Shown here: positions 8,291-17,637 of the stretch, piece by piece
Layout of the letters: every line of letters begins with the position of its first letter
Numbering within the stretch: the stretch's first letter is position 1
Virus record (IMG/VR): IMGVR_UViG_3300037067_027626
From: a virus
Lineage: Duplodnaviria; Heunggongvirae; Uroviricota; Caudoviricetes
DNA length: 53,123 nucleotides
Strand: one strand, 5' to 3'
The notes under the pieces: model-generated
What the model was told of the DNA's origin: nothing
Seen by the model: the letters and a program-made list of their open reading frames with translations, nothing else
Databases searched by the model: none
Made by a program: the position numbers and the translations under genes

Positions 8291-10498
8291 ATGAAGAAAT
8301 TAAAGTATCTTAAAATCGCCTTGCCTATATTAATGCTTATGGGCATTTCCGTATTACTAAGGGTGGTTTTGCCCTATAATCAGATATTCTCCGAGTATGG
8401 TATTAAATACGCTTGTAATGATGCCTACTACCACATGAGAATCGTTGATAATCTTGTGGCGAATTTTCCTCATTTAACATACTACGACCCTTATTTTATA
8501 GTACCCAACGGAACATTTCTATTCGGTGAGCACTTCTTTGATTGGTTACTTGCGGGCATAGTATGGTTAGTCGGCTTAGGAAATCCTACTGCTCATACTA
8601 TTGATATAGTCGGCATTTACTTTCCTGTTATCTTAGCGGCATTGGTAATCATCCCGACTTATTTTGTAGGTAAAACACTATTCAATAAATATGCAGGATT
8701 AGTCGCCTCGGCTCTTGTGGCTATACTCCCTGGGGAATTTATGGGGCGTTCACTTTTAGGGGCTACTGACCATCATGTAGCAGAGACTTTATTCAGTACC
8801 GTAATGATTATGTTCTTTATCTTAGCGATTAAGGCGATAAGCAAAAAACGCCAGATTATATTTAGTGCATTATGCGGAATATTCTTAGGTATCTATCTCT
8901 TGACTTGGACTGGTGGTTTGCTCTTTATTCTGATTATGGCTCTTTATTATGTAGTACAAGCGATAGTAGACCATATTCAAAATAAAGCCTCATTCCAGTT
9001 AACTAGTTTAATAATATTCCCGATTGCCTTAATAATGAATTATTGGGGTTCTTTACCTAAGATATCTATAATTATCATGGTATTTGTAGAGATATTGCCT
9101 GTTTTATTATTCGGCTTGTCTAAATTAATGAGGAATTTTAAGGGCATATTTTATCCGCTAACCATAATCGGTTTTGGCTTACTTATATTCTTATTTGTAT
9201 ATTTTATAACCCCATCATTTATGGATAATTTTGCTGTGTTTATTTCATCAGGTGCTTCATCAGATACTACTTCGGAACTACAGCCATTCTTTTATCCTAG
9301 TGGTACTTTCACTGCTGATGTTGCATGGGGCAATTATACAATGAGCTTATTCTTAGCCCCGATTTCATTCCTTATTCTTATGTGGATGTATATCAAGAGA
9401 AAAGAGAAATCTATACTATTCTTTTTAACTTGGACTTTGGTTATAGCGGTTCTGACTCTTATACAACGCAGATATTCTTATTATTTAGTAGTAAATGTAT
9501 CGGTAATTATGGGGTATTTAATCTACGTTACCTATAAAGGTTTGGGGCGTTTATTTAAGTGGATATTCAAAATTCGCAAAGTTAATAATAAAAGATATAT
9601 TGGACTATCGGTTTATATCTTAGTGGTGTTTTTCGTTGTATTCTTCCCTAATTATAATCAGGATAAAGAAACATCAAGAGCACCTTTTACACCATCTAAT
9701 GCGTGGCAGAGTGCTCTTTTATGGATGAAAGATAATACTCCCAGCCCTTTTAATAATGAGGAAACCTATTACACTTATTATGGAGTGAATCCTTATGGTC
9801 TTAATCCATTACAAGAAGATATAGGCAAAGGTTATATCAAACCAAGCTATGCGGTTACATCTTGGTGGGATTACGGTTATTGGATTACAAGAATTGCACA
9901 CAGGATTCCAAATACTAATCCCGCACAACAAACAGAACCGATAAAGAAAGTAGCAGAGTTATTACTAGACGAAGAAAACAATATTGAGATAATAAATGAA
10001 TTTCAGACTAAGTATATAATAATAGATTATTCGCTTGTTACGGGGAAATTCTATGCTATGGCAGAATGGATAGATAAAAACTCCACAGATTATATGGATG
10101 TATTTTATGTGTATGATGAAGGTGTAATGAAACAGGTTGAACTATTCAGTATTGCATATTATAAAACTTTAGCGGTCAGGTTATTTAACTTTGACGGCAA
10201 AGCGGTGAGTAATGAACAACCTATGGTAGTTACTTATGTAGATAAAGTTACACCAGATGGGTATAAGTATAAACAGGTAACTAATTATAAAATGTTTAAA
10301 TCTTATGCAGAAGCTTTATCATACTCTCAAAGTATTAAAGGCTCATTAATAGTGGGGCTTAATCCCTTCGTAAGCCCGATACCGCTTGAAGCATTGGATG
10401 AATACAAGTTGGTTTATAGTTCAACTCAACAGAAACTTGCGTTAGAAGCTGGCGGAGTACCAGAAGTAAAGATATTTGAATATTTAGGAGCAAGTTAA
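8291..10498 (+). CDS. aglB: Oligosaccharyltransferase STT3/AglB family
   Basis: DAYYHMR, TDHHVAE, TTSELQP, QRRY and WWDYG motifs; about 13 TM segments plus soluble C-terminal domain. Confidence 0.95.
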   Translation: MKKLKYLKIALPILMLMGISVLLRVVLPYNQIFSEYGIKYACNDAYYHMRIVDNLVANFPHLTYYDPYFIVPNGTFLFGEHFFDWLLAGIVWLVGLGNPTAHTIDIVGIYFPVILAALVIIPTYFVGKTLFNKYAGLVASALVAILPGEFMGRSLLGATDHHVAETLFSTVMIMFFILAIKAISKKRQIIFSALCGIFLGIYLLTWTGGLLFILIMALYYVVQAIVDHIQNKASFQLTSLIIFPIALIMNYWGSLPKISIIIMVFVEILPVLLFGLSKLMRNFKGIFYPLTIIGFGLLIFLFVYFITPSFMDNFAVFISSGASSDTTSELQPFFYPSGTFTADVAWGNYTMSLFLAPISFLILMWMYIKRKEKSILFFLTWTLVIAVLTLIQRRYSYYLVVNVSVIMGYLIYVTYKGLGRLFKWIFKIRKVNNKRYIGLSVYILVVFFVVFFPNYNQDKETSRAPFTPSNAWQSALLWMKDNTPSPFNNEETYYTYYGVNPYGLNPLQEDIGKGYIKPSYAVTSWWDYGYWITRIAHRIPNTNPAQQTEPIKKVAELLLDEENNIEIINEFQTKYIIIDYSLVTGKFYAMAEWIDKNSTDYMDVFYVYDEGVMKQVELFSIAYYKTLAVRLFNFDGKAVSNEQPMVVTYVDKVTPDGYKYKQVTNYKMFKSYAEALSYSQSIKGSLIVGLNPFVSPIPLEALDEYKLVYSSTQQKLALEAGGVPEVKIFEYLGAS

Positions 10499-10504
10499 GG
10501 TGAT

Positions 10505-10735
10505 ATGTGGTTTCAAAATTTGGCAAGTTACAGCATATCCAATGTGCCACTTTATTTGGTCTGCATTTTGGGGTTCATTGGGTTATTCATTGACATTGAC
10601 CATGTTATTGCGTATAAACGCCCAAAACTTAATGGGCGATTCTTACATAAGTACGTGTGCTTTATTGGCGGGTGTCTCTTTTGCTATGTTGTCGCATGTT
10701 ATGGAATATGCTTGGTTGGAGTTATTTTAAGATGA
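10505..10735 (+). CDS. Small membrane protein with metal-hydrolase-like DxDH...RxxH motif
   Basis: FIDIDH and GRFLH; its TGA overlaps the next ATG (ATGA 10732-10735), favouring this frame over 10500..10730. Confidence 0.5.
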   Translation: MWFQNLASYSISNVPLYLVCILGFIGLFIDIDHVIAYKRPKLNGRFLHKYVCFIGGCLFCYVVACYGICLVGVILR

Positions 10736-11628
10736 TATTAGTCACTGGAGCATCGGGATTCGTAGGTTCGCATCTATGTAATAGATTAGTAAAAGAGGGT
10801 TATCAGGTTTTGGGTATAACTCATAATCGCATTAATCCTATGACAGAAACATTATTACAGAATAAGAATTTCAAGGTAGTCAATGGTGATATTATTGATG
10901 AGAAATTTGTGAGAAGTATATTCTTGAACAATGAAATAGATACGGTATTCCATCTTGCCGCCCATATACCAAATGCTTCGGGATTGGATTATATGGGAGT
11001 TAATGTTAAAGGAACATGTACCTTATTGACGGAATCTGATGAATACAATGTGAGTAATTTTATTTATGCCTCTAGTATGAGTGTTTATTCCGAACCAACA
11101 GTGTTCTTGCCTGTTACCGAAGAACATCCAGTAGGGAATACTAACTCTTATGGAGTTTCTAAACTGCAAGGGGAATCAGCCTGTAAAAGATTCTCAAATA
11201 ATATGATTATAACAATCTTGCGTTATGCAAGTGTTTATGGTAAAGGTTGCAGGCAACCGCTTGTCGTTGCTCGATTTGTGGATTTCGCACGTAATAATTT
11301 ACCTTTAACTATATATGGCGATGGTAGCCAGAGTAGTGATTTTGTATATATAGACGATGTAATCAATGGTAATTTACTCGCATGGAGAAAAGATAAGTCA
11401 GATTTATATAACATCGGTAGTGGACAAGAAATTACCATATTAGAATTAGCTCAGAATATTATTAAAATATTTAACTCAAAGTCGGAGATAGTATTTGCAG
11501 AAGTGGAATCAACTAGACCCTTTAGATTTTATTCTGACATAAGTAAAGCAAAAATAGAATTAGGGTATTCACCAATGGTTTTGGCAGAAGGATTGAAATT
11601 ATATGCAAAGGAATTGTTAGATGTATAG
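10732..11628 (+). CDS. NAD-dependent epimerase/dehydratase (extended SDR); last ~31 codons are the apparent replacement segment
   Basis: MILVTGASGFVG, YGVSK (YxxxK), IYGDGSQSSDFVYIDD; start at 10732 by ATGA coupling. Confidence 0.92.
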   Translation: MILVTGASGFVGSHLCNRLVKEGYQVLGITHNRINPMTETLLQNKNFKVVNGDIIDEKFVRSIFLNNEIDTVFHLAAHIPNASGLDYMGVNVKGTCTLLTESDEYNVSNFIYASSMSVYSEPTVFLPVTEEHPVGNTNSYGVSKLQGESACKRFSNNMIITILRYASVYGKGCRQPLVVARFVDFARNNLPLTIYGDGSQSSDFVYIDDVINGNLLAWRKDKSDLYNIGSGQEITILELAQNIIKIFNSKSEIVFAEVESTRPFRFYSDISKAKIELGYSPMVLAEGLKLYAKELLDV

Positions 11629-12787
11629 AACATTCAAATATAGAATTTATGCAAATAAAGAGATACTTGCAAAGACTGAAAATTGGCTAGAACTTTGTCG
11701 TAATCTTTATAACTGTGCGTTGGAACAAAGAATAGACGCATGGAAAAGACAAAGAATTACCTTATTTGAATATGCGCAATCCGCAGAATTACCACTTATT
11801 AAACAGACTAATCTTGAATATAAATACGTTAATGCACAAACATTGCAAGAAGTATTAGAGCGTTTAGAATTAGCCTACAAAAAGTTCTTCAAACGTAGAG
11901 TGAATCATGAAGGCAAAGGTGGATTCCCTAGATTTAAAGGTAAGAATAGATATGATTCTTTTACGCTTAAAAATACTGGTTGGAAGTTAGATGGTAAATA
12001 TATTTCTATACGTCATCTAGGTAAGTTCAAGTTAAAATTATCTCGTGAGATTCAAGGTGATATAAAGACTATAACAATTTGTAAATCTAAAACTAACCAT
12101 TGGTACGCTTGCTTTTCATGTGACAATATATCTGAAAAAAGACTTACGCAATCCGATAAAATAATTGGAATTGATGTAGGAATAAGGTCTTTTCTAACTG
12201 ATTCAGAAGGTGATAAAGTTGAAAATCCAAAATTTCTTAAACATACTTTGAGGGAATTAAGGGTAAGACAGCGTGCATTGGTAAGGAATAAGCGTAATTC
12301 TAATAGACGTAAAGAAACTAAATTACAACTTTCAAAATGCTATGAAAAAATAACCAATCAGCGTAAAGATTTTCATTATAAACTAGCAAATCAATATGTG
12401 GAGAATTATGGAGTTATATCAATAGAAAATCTTAATATTAGTGGATTAGTTAAGAACCATAAACTTGCAAGGGATATAAAAGATTGTGCGTGGGGGAATT
12501 TTATAGAGATACTTAAATTCAAAGCGGAAGAAGCTGGAAGGCAAGTTATTGAAGTAAACCCACATAATACAAGTAAGATGTGTTCTAATTGTGGGAAAAT
12601 CAACACATTTTTAAAACTATCTGATAGAGAGTGGGCTTGTTTAGAGTGTGGCACAATCCATGATAGAGATGAAAACGCAGCTATAAATATAAAGAGGCTT
12701 GGGCAGAGCCGTCAGACGCTAACGTGTCAGAATACTGAGAGCGTAGTCTGAGAATCTCTTTTGAATTTATTTGGAAGGGAGTGTCAA
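11533..12787 (+). mobile_element. Solo tnpB cassette 1 (IS200/IS605, IS1341-like) whose left part encodes the host gene C-terminus
   Basis: TTTAT at 11528-11532 before the junction; right end with subterminal hairpin 12755-12780 ending GTGTCAA (TCAA 12784-12787); no tnpA; flanked by two copies of S-D-I-S-K-A coding sequence. Confidence 0.75.
11621..12751 (+). CDS. tnpB: RNA-guided endonuclease TnpB (IS605 OrfB type)
   Basis: FKYRIY N-terminus; RuvC residues GIDVG, IENL, DRDENAAINI; Zn finger CSNCG/CLECG. Confidence 0.96.
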   Translation: MYRTFKYRIYANKEILAKTENWLELCRNLYNCALEQRIDAWKRQRITLFEYAQSAELPLIKQTNLEYKYVNAQTLQEVLERLELAYKKFFKRRVNHEGKGGFPRFKGKNRYDSFTLKNTGWKLDGKYISIRHLGKFKLKLSREIQGDIKTITICKSKTNHWYACFSCDNISEKRLTQSDKIIGIDVGIRSFLTDSEGDKVENPKFLKHTLRELRVRQRALVRNKRNSNRRKETKLQLSKCYEKITNQRKDFHYKLANQYVENYGVISIENLNISGLVKNHKLARDIKDCAWGNFIEILKFKAEEAGRQVIEVNPHNTSKMCSNCGKINTFLKLSDREWACLECGTIHDRDENAAINIKRLGQSRQTLTCQNTESVV

Positions 12788-12805
12788 TCGGATATTAGTA
12801 AGGCT
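12690..12805 (+). ncRNA. Putative omegaRNA of TnpB1 (scaffold to 12787, guide from 12788; 5' boundary uncertain)
   Basis: Nested stems TCAGAC/GTCTGA, ACGCT/AGCGT, TCAG-AATA-CTGA, hairpin TCTCTTTTG/TGGAAGGGA, then TCAA. Confidence 0.7.
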
Positions 12806-12823
12806 ATAGACGAGGGGATTTAA
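12788..12823 (+). pseudogene. Displaced 3' remnant of the upstream SDR gene (SDISKAIDEGI*)
   Basis: tcg gat att agt aag gct versus upstream tct gac ata agt aaa gca (11533-11550): same six amino acids. Confidence 0.65.
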
Positions 12824-12856
12824 ATGAGAGTTGAACTTTTAAAGGAGTCTGTTTAA

Positions 12857-14083
12857 ATGATTAAAAACCCTATTATTTGTGTTGTGGGTATGGGATATGT
12901 GGGATACCCTGAAGCAGTAGCTTTTGCTAAACATTTTTCGGTAAATGGTTACGATATAGATGCTGATAAAGTTTGTAAATTGAATATTAGTAATAAAGAG
13001 AAACGATTAGTAATTACTCAGTATCCCGATTTTTGCATACCAAAAGCCGATTTTATAATCATTGCCGTGCCTACTCCAATAAATGAAGATAAAACACCTG
13101 ATTTATCCCCTGTAGAATCCGTTTCTAAAACTGTAGGTAAATATATGAAGAAGGGTTGCACAGTAATCCTTGAATCGACAGTTTACCCTGGAGTTTCTGA
13201 AGAAATAATGTTGCCCATATTAGAAAAGGAATCGGGTTATAAGGTGGGTAAGGATTTTAAAATCGCCTTTTCACCTGAAAGAATAAATCCTGGGGATGAT
13301 TTACACTCTATAGATAAGGTAACAAAAGTAGTTGGCGGAATGGATAAAGAAACTACTGATTTAGTGGCGGAACTTTACGACCATATCACTCTAAATACTT
13401 TCAAAGCCACAAGCATAAAAGTAGCAGAAGCCTCAAAAGTCATTGAGAATGTGCAGAGAGATTTGAATATAGCCTTAATGAACGAGTTGTCTTTTATCTT
13501 TAAGAGAATGAATATAAGTATCAGGGATGTAATCGAAGCCTCAGCAACTAAATGGAACTTCTACAAAATATTTCCTGGTATGATAGGCGGTCATTGTATC
13601 CCTGTAGACCCTTATTATCTAACTTACAAGTCAGAACAACTAGGCTTTAATCCTAAATTAATATATACTGCTCGGATGATAAATAATGGGATGCCTTATT
13701 ATGTGGCGAAATTAGCCAAGGAAAACATAAAGAAGCAAGCGAATATTCTTATTGCGGGTTTAACATATAAAGAAAATGTACCTGATATTAGAGAATCACC
13801 GTCTAAACATTTAATTGAGGCATTAAAAGAATATAATTTATTTACCTTTGACCCACTATTAGAGAAAATTGAGAAAAGTTTCGATATAAAGTCGGTTAGA
13901 AGATTATCGGAACTCAAAGATATAGATTGCATAATATTCGCAGTAGTCCATGATGTATTTAAAGAGATAGGATTAGAAGAATTTAAGGCTATAACAAGAG
14001 ATAATCCTTTATTGATAGATGTTCGATGCGGATTTAATAGAGAAGAAGCAGAAAAACTCGGTTTCAAATATATAACACTATGA
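12857..14083 (+). CDS. UDP-N-acetylhexosamine/nucleotide-sugar dehydrogenase (WbpO/WecC/VipA family)
   Basis: GMGYVG, AVPTP, ESTVYPG, FSPERINPGD, GGHCIPVDPYYL, GLTYKENVPDIRES. Confidence 0.94.
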   Translation: MIKNPIICVVGMGYVGYPEAVAFAKHFSVNGYDIDADKVCKLNISNKEKRLVITQYPDFCIPKADFIIIAVPTPINEDKTPDLSPVESVSKTVGKYMKKGCTVILESTVYPGVSEEIMLPILEKESGYKVGKDFKIAFSPERINPGDDLHSIDKVTKVVGGMDKETTDLVAELYDHITLNTFKATSIKVAEASKVIENVQRDLNIALMNELSFIFKRMNISIRDVIEASATKWNFYKIFPGMIGGHCIPVDPYYLTYKSEQLGFNPKLIYTARMINNGMPYYVAKLAKENIKKQANILIAGLTYKENVPDIRESPSKHLIEALKEYNLFTFDPLLEKIEKSFDIKSVRRLSELKDIDCIIFAVVHDVFKEIGLEEFKAITRDNPLLIDVRCGFNREEAEKLGFKYITL

Positions 14084-15042
14084 TAAAGAATAAACGGATA
14101 CTTATAACAGGTGGTGGTGGTTTTATAGGGGTAGCATTAGCCAAACAACTAATTCCCTATAATAATGTTGCTCTACTTGATAAAGATTTTGTGGATAATG
14201 CGTTTGCTTATTCATGCTTTAAGGATGATAAAAGGATAGAAACCATACTTGTAGATATACTTGATAAAGATAAATTAAAAGAGGTCGTACAAAATTACGA
14301 TATTATTATTCATGCCGCAGGATTTCTTGGAGTACAGAAAGTAATAGAGAATGTAGCACAAACCCTTGAGGTGAATTATTCAGGAACTCGTAATATCTTA
14401 GAATCTATAGATAAATGCGAGAAGATATTAATATTCTCAACAAGCGAAGTCTATGGCTCTAATGCGATAAATGTGTTGGAAGATAATAGTTCCAGTATTC
14501 CTTCAATAGAAAATCCAAGGTGGTCTTACAATATAAGCAAATTAGCCGCAGAATATATTACCTTAGACTATTACAGAAAAGGATTACCCGTAGTTATAGT
14601 ACGACCTTTCAATATATTTGGTGGTGGCAGAGTTGGGGATTATGCAATTTTACGCTTTATATACAGAGCCTTAAAGAATGAGGATTTAGAGGTCTATGGT
14701 AATGGTAATCAAATTCGGGCGTGGTGTTATATTGATGATTTCTGCGATGCGATATTCAAGATATTAGAAAACGATTTAGAAAACGATAAGGTATTGGGCG
14801 AATCTTTTAATATCGGAAATCCCTTAAATACTATAACAATGTATAGATTAGCCAAACTCATAATAAAAATGTGCAACTCAAAGTCTAAAATAGTGTTTAA
14901 GGGTATAGATTTCGCAGATGTTAATATCCGTATGCCTGATATTACAAAAGCAAAAGAGATACTGGGGTATTCTCCCAAGATAGAACTAGAAGAAGGATTA
15001 GAAAAAACTATCAAGTGGGCAAAAGATGTCTACAAATTATAA
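14080..15042 (+). CDS. NAD-dependent epimerase/dehydratase or decarboxylase (extended SDR)
   Basis: ITGGGGFIG, STSEVYG, RWSYNISK, RPFNIFG, QIRAWCYIDD. Confidence 0.9.
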   Translation: MIKNKRILITGGGGFIGVALAKQLIPYNNVALLDKDFVDNAFAYSCFKDDKRIETILVDILDKDKLKEVVQNYDIIIHAAGFLGVQKVIENVAQTLEVNYSGTRNILESIDKCEKILIFSTSEVYGSNAINVLEDNSSSIPSIENPRWSYNISKLAAEYITLDYYRKGLPVVIVRPFNIFGGGRVGDYAILRFIYRALKNEDLEVYGNGNQIRAWCYIDDFCDAIFKILENDLENDKVLGESFNIGNPLNTITMYRLAKLIIKMCNSKSKIVFKGIDFADVNIRMPDITKAKEILGYSPKIELEEGLEKTIKWAKDVYKL

Positions 15043-15775
15043 CGAATTAGCCCTTAAAATAAGACAACACGTAGTTAGAATGACGCATGACGCAAAAAGC
15101 TCTCATGTGGGTTCATGTTTGTCGTGTGCGGATATTTTAGCAGTATTGTATGGTGGAGTATTACAAAAAGAAGATAAGTTTATTATGAGTAAAGGTCATG
15201 CAAGTGCCGCTTTATATGCTACTCTCGCAGAATGTGGCTATTTTCCTTTAAGTGATTTAGAAGGATTTTATAATGGTAAATTAAGTGGTCATGTTTCACA
15301 TTTTATAAAAGGTGTCGAGGCTTCAACAGGTTCTTTAGGTCATGGGTTATCAATAGGATGCGGAATGGCGTTAACCACAAAAAATAAAGTCTATGTTCTA
15401 TTGAGTGATGGTGATTTAAATGAAGGCTCAACATGGGAAGCAGTCATGTTTGCCTCACAACATAAATTAAGTAATCTTACTGTTATCGTTGATTATAATG
15501 GGTTTCAATGTACTGGCAGAACGCAAGATATTATTAACTTAAAACCATTATCAGAGAAATGGCGAGCCTTCGGATGGTTTGTATTGAATATAGATGGGCA
15601 TAGTTATCGGGATTTAGAAAATGCTTTTGAGAAATTTGAAATAGATTCACCGATTTGTATAATAACTAATACCATAAAAGGTAAAGGTGTAATAATACTA
15701 GAAAATACAGTTGAGTCTCATCATAGATATTTGAATAATGAGGAACTAAAACAAGCATTGGGAGAATTAAGATGA
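15026..15775 (+). CDS. Transketolase-like protein, N-terminal (ThDP-binding) subunit
   Basis: SHVGSCLS, SKGHA, STGSLGHG, SDGDLNEGSTWEA, TIKGKG. Confidence 0.93.
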   Translation: MSTNYNELALKIRQHVVRMTHDAKSSHVGSCLSCADILAVLYGGVLQKEDKFIMSKGHASAALYATLAECGYFPLSDLEGFYNGKLSGHVSHFIKGVEASTGSLGHGLSIGCGMALTTKNKVYVLLSDGDLNEGSTWEAVMFASQHKLSNLTVIVDYNGFQCTGRTQDIINLKPLSEKWRAFGWFVLNIDGHSYRDLENAFEKFEIDSPICIITNTIKGKGVIILENTVESHHRYLNNEELKQALGELR

Positions 15776-15945
15776 AACCCAAAGATAAATATTTCGAACG
15801 TATGGCAGCATTTTGTATTCACGGTATAGGATTTTGCGTATTTAATAACTGTGTAATATTTGAAAAGTGTTATCCTGAACTTTATAAAGAATGGCAAATA
15901 TCTAAAGAGAATGAGAAATGCGGAAAACCTTTATTAAAACCTTAA
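15772..15945 (+). CDS. Small Cys-rich hypothetical protein between the transketolase halves (57 aa, absent from track)
   Basis: ATGA overlap with the upstream stop; MKPKDKYFERMAAFCIHGIGFCVFNNCVIFEKCYPELYKEWQ... Confidence 0.4.
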   Translation: MKPKDKYFERMAAFCIHGIGFCVFNNCVIFEKCYPELYKEWQISKENEKCGKPLLKP

Positions 15946-16832
15946 CTGAATTAGCGGAAAAAGATTCTAATATCTATTTGCTCACAGCCGATATGGGATT
16001 TGGTATGGTAGAACCTTTCTCAGAGAAATATCCCGATAAGTTTATTAATGTCGGTGTAGCAGAACAGAATATGATAGGCATTGCTACTGGCTTAGCCTTA
16101 TCAGGTAAAATTGTATTCTGCTACTCTATTGCGAATTTCCCCACATTAAGATGTCTCGAACAGATTAGAAATGATATATGTTATCACAATGTAAGAGTTC
16201 ATATAGTAGCAGGCGGAGTAGGATTAAATTATGGGGCTTTAGGAAGTTCGCATCATACTACAGAGGATGTATCAATAATGAGAAGTTTGCCCAATATGAC
16301 CGTAATCTGTCCTAGTGATATACGCGAAGCGGAAGGTGCGGTAAGAGCCATGTATAAATCCGAATCTCCATGTTATATGAGATTGGGATATTATGACGGT
16401 AAAACTACATATGATAATCGTGAATTTAAAATAGGTAAGGCAAGCACAATAGTTAGTGGGCTTGACGCAACGATTATCACAACAGGTAGTATGCTGAATG
16501 TGGCTTTAGAAGCAGTAGATAAACTAAATAGATGTAATATTTATCCCACATTAATAAATATGCACACGATTAAACCCATAGATAGTGAAGCAATAATAAA
16601 TGAGTCTAAGATTTCTAATATCATATTAACCATTGAAGAACATAATCTTATAGGCGGTTTGGGTAGTGCGGTTGCCGAAGTTATAGCAGATAACTCTTTA
16701 AAAGTTAAATTTATAAGAATGGGAATTCCTGATGTCTTTTGTACACAAGTAATGAATAGAGACAATTTATTGAAATGTTACGGTTTAACATCAGATGAAG
16801 TAGTAAAGAGGATTAAAGATGCCATTCGCTAA
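15918..16832 (+). CDS. Transketolase-like protein, C-terminal subunit
   Basis: LTADMG, NVGVAEQNMIG, HHTTED, YMRLG, EEHNLIGGLGS. Confidence 0.93.
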   Translation: MRKTFIKTLTELAEKDSNIYLLTADMGFGMVEPFSEKYPDKFINVGVAEQNMIGIATGLALSGKIVFCYSIANFPTLRCLEQIRNDICYHNVRVHIVAGGVGLNYGALGSSHHTTEDVSIMRSLPNMTVICPSDIREAEGAVRAMYKSESPCYMRLGYYDGKTTYDNREFKIGKASTIVSGLDATIITTGSMLNVALEAVDKLNRCNIYPTLINMHTIKPIDSEAIINESKISNIILTIEEHNLIGGLGSAVAEVIADNSLKVKFIRMGIPDVFCTQVMNRDNLLKCYGLTSDEVVKRIKDAIR

Positions 16833-17637
16833 GACGCAGAAATTATTGCGAGAAATTTTGCCTCAAAAAACATTTGATAATTTATATAATAATGCTTGTA
16901 ATCTCTATGATGTTTACCAGAGAACTAAGGAACGAGTTTCCTCAGTTCCTTATTATCTTTACTTTATCTTATCAATCCAGAAAAATGAAGTAATAAGAAT
17001 AGAAATTGTGCAAAAAGTATTAAATCATACAATGGTTTCTAAGAAAGGTGTAGAACTTACTTATAATATTGCTTATAAAGCCTTAGAGTTAGATGGATGT
17101 TTTGTGGAATGTGGTGTGGCAAGAGGCGGAACTTCCGCAGTAATGGCGATGATAGCAAAAAATGAAGGCAAAAACCGTAAAATGTGGATGTTTGATTCTT
17201 ATGAGGGTTTGCCTCTTCAATCAGATAAAGACGGTATTCAAAAACCCATAAGACATCAGAATAGAACTGCAAGTGATTTAGCACAAGGATATTGCTTGGG
17301 GACATTTCAAGAAGTAGACCATTGGCTATTTCATCACTTGGAATTATCGAGAAGAAATGTATTTATGATTAAAGGATGGTTTAAAGATACTTTACCTCAA
17401 TGTAAGAATAAAGTAGGTGATATTGTAGTTTTAAGATTAGACGGTGATTGGTATGAAAGCACAAAAACTTGCTTAGAAAATCTTTATGATAACGTGGTAA
17501 AAGGCGGATTTATTATCATAGACGATTATCATTTACAGGGCTGTAAATTAGCAGTAGATGAATATATAGAAAAATTAAAAGAAAAACCTAAGATGATTAA
17601 TGATATAAGAGATGGCAGATGCTATTTAGTAAAATGA
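16819..17637 (+). CDS. TylF/MycF-family sugar O-methyltransferase
   Basis: FVECGVARGG, FDSYEGLP, KGWFKDTLP, LRLDGDWYEST, IIDDY. Confidence 0.92.
   Translation: MPFAKTQKLLREILPQKTFDNLYNNACNLYDVYQRTKERVSSVPYYLYFILSIQKNEVIRIEIVQKVLNHTMVSKKGVELTYNIAYKALELDGCFVECGVARGGTSAVMAMIAKNEGKNRKMWMFDSYEGLPLQSDKDGIQKPIRHQNRTASDLAQGYCLGTFQEVDHWLFHHLELSRRNVFMIKGWFKDTLPQCKNKVGDIVVLRLDGDWYESTKTCLENLYDNVVKGGFIIIDDYHLQGCKLAVDEYIEKLKEKPKMINDIRDGRCYLVK

Noticed and set aside
11533-11620. Classical IS200/IS605 left-end hairpin or tnpA remnant upstream of tnpB1
   Set aside because: The interval is fully in-frame SDR coding sequence; no convincing hairpin or Y1 transposase remnant seen.
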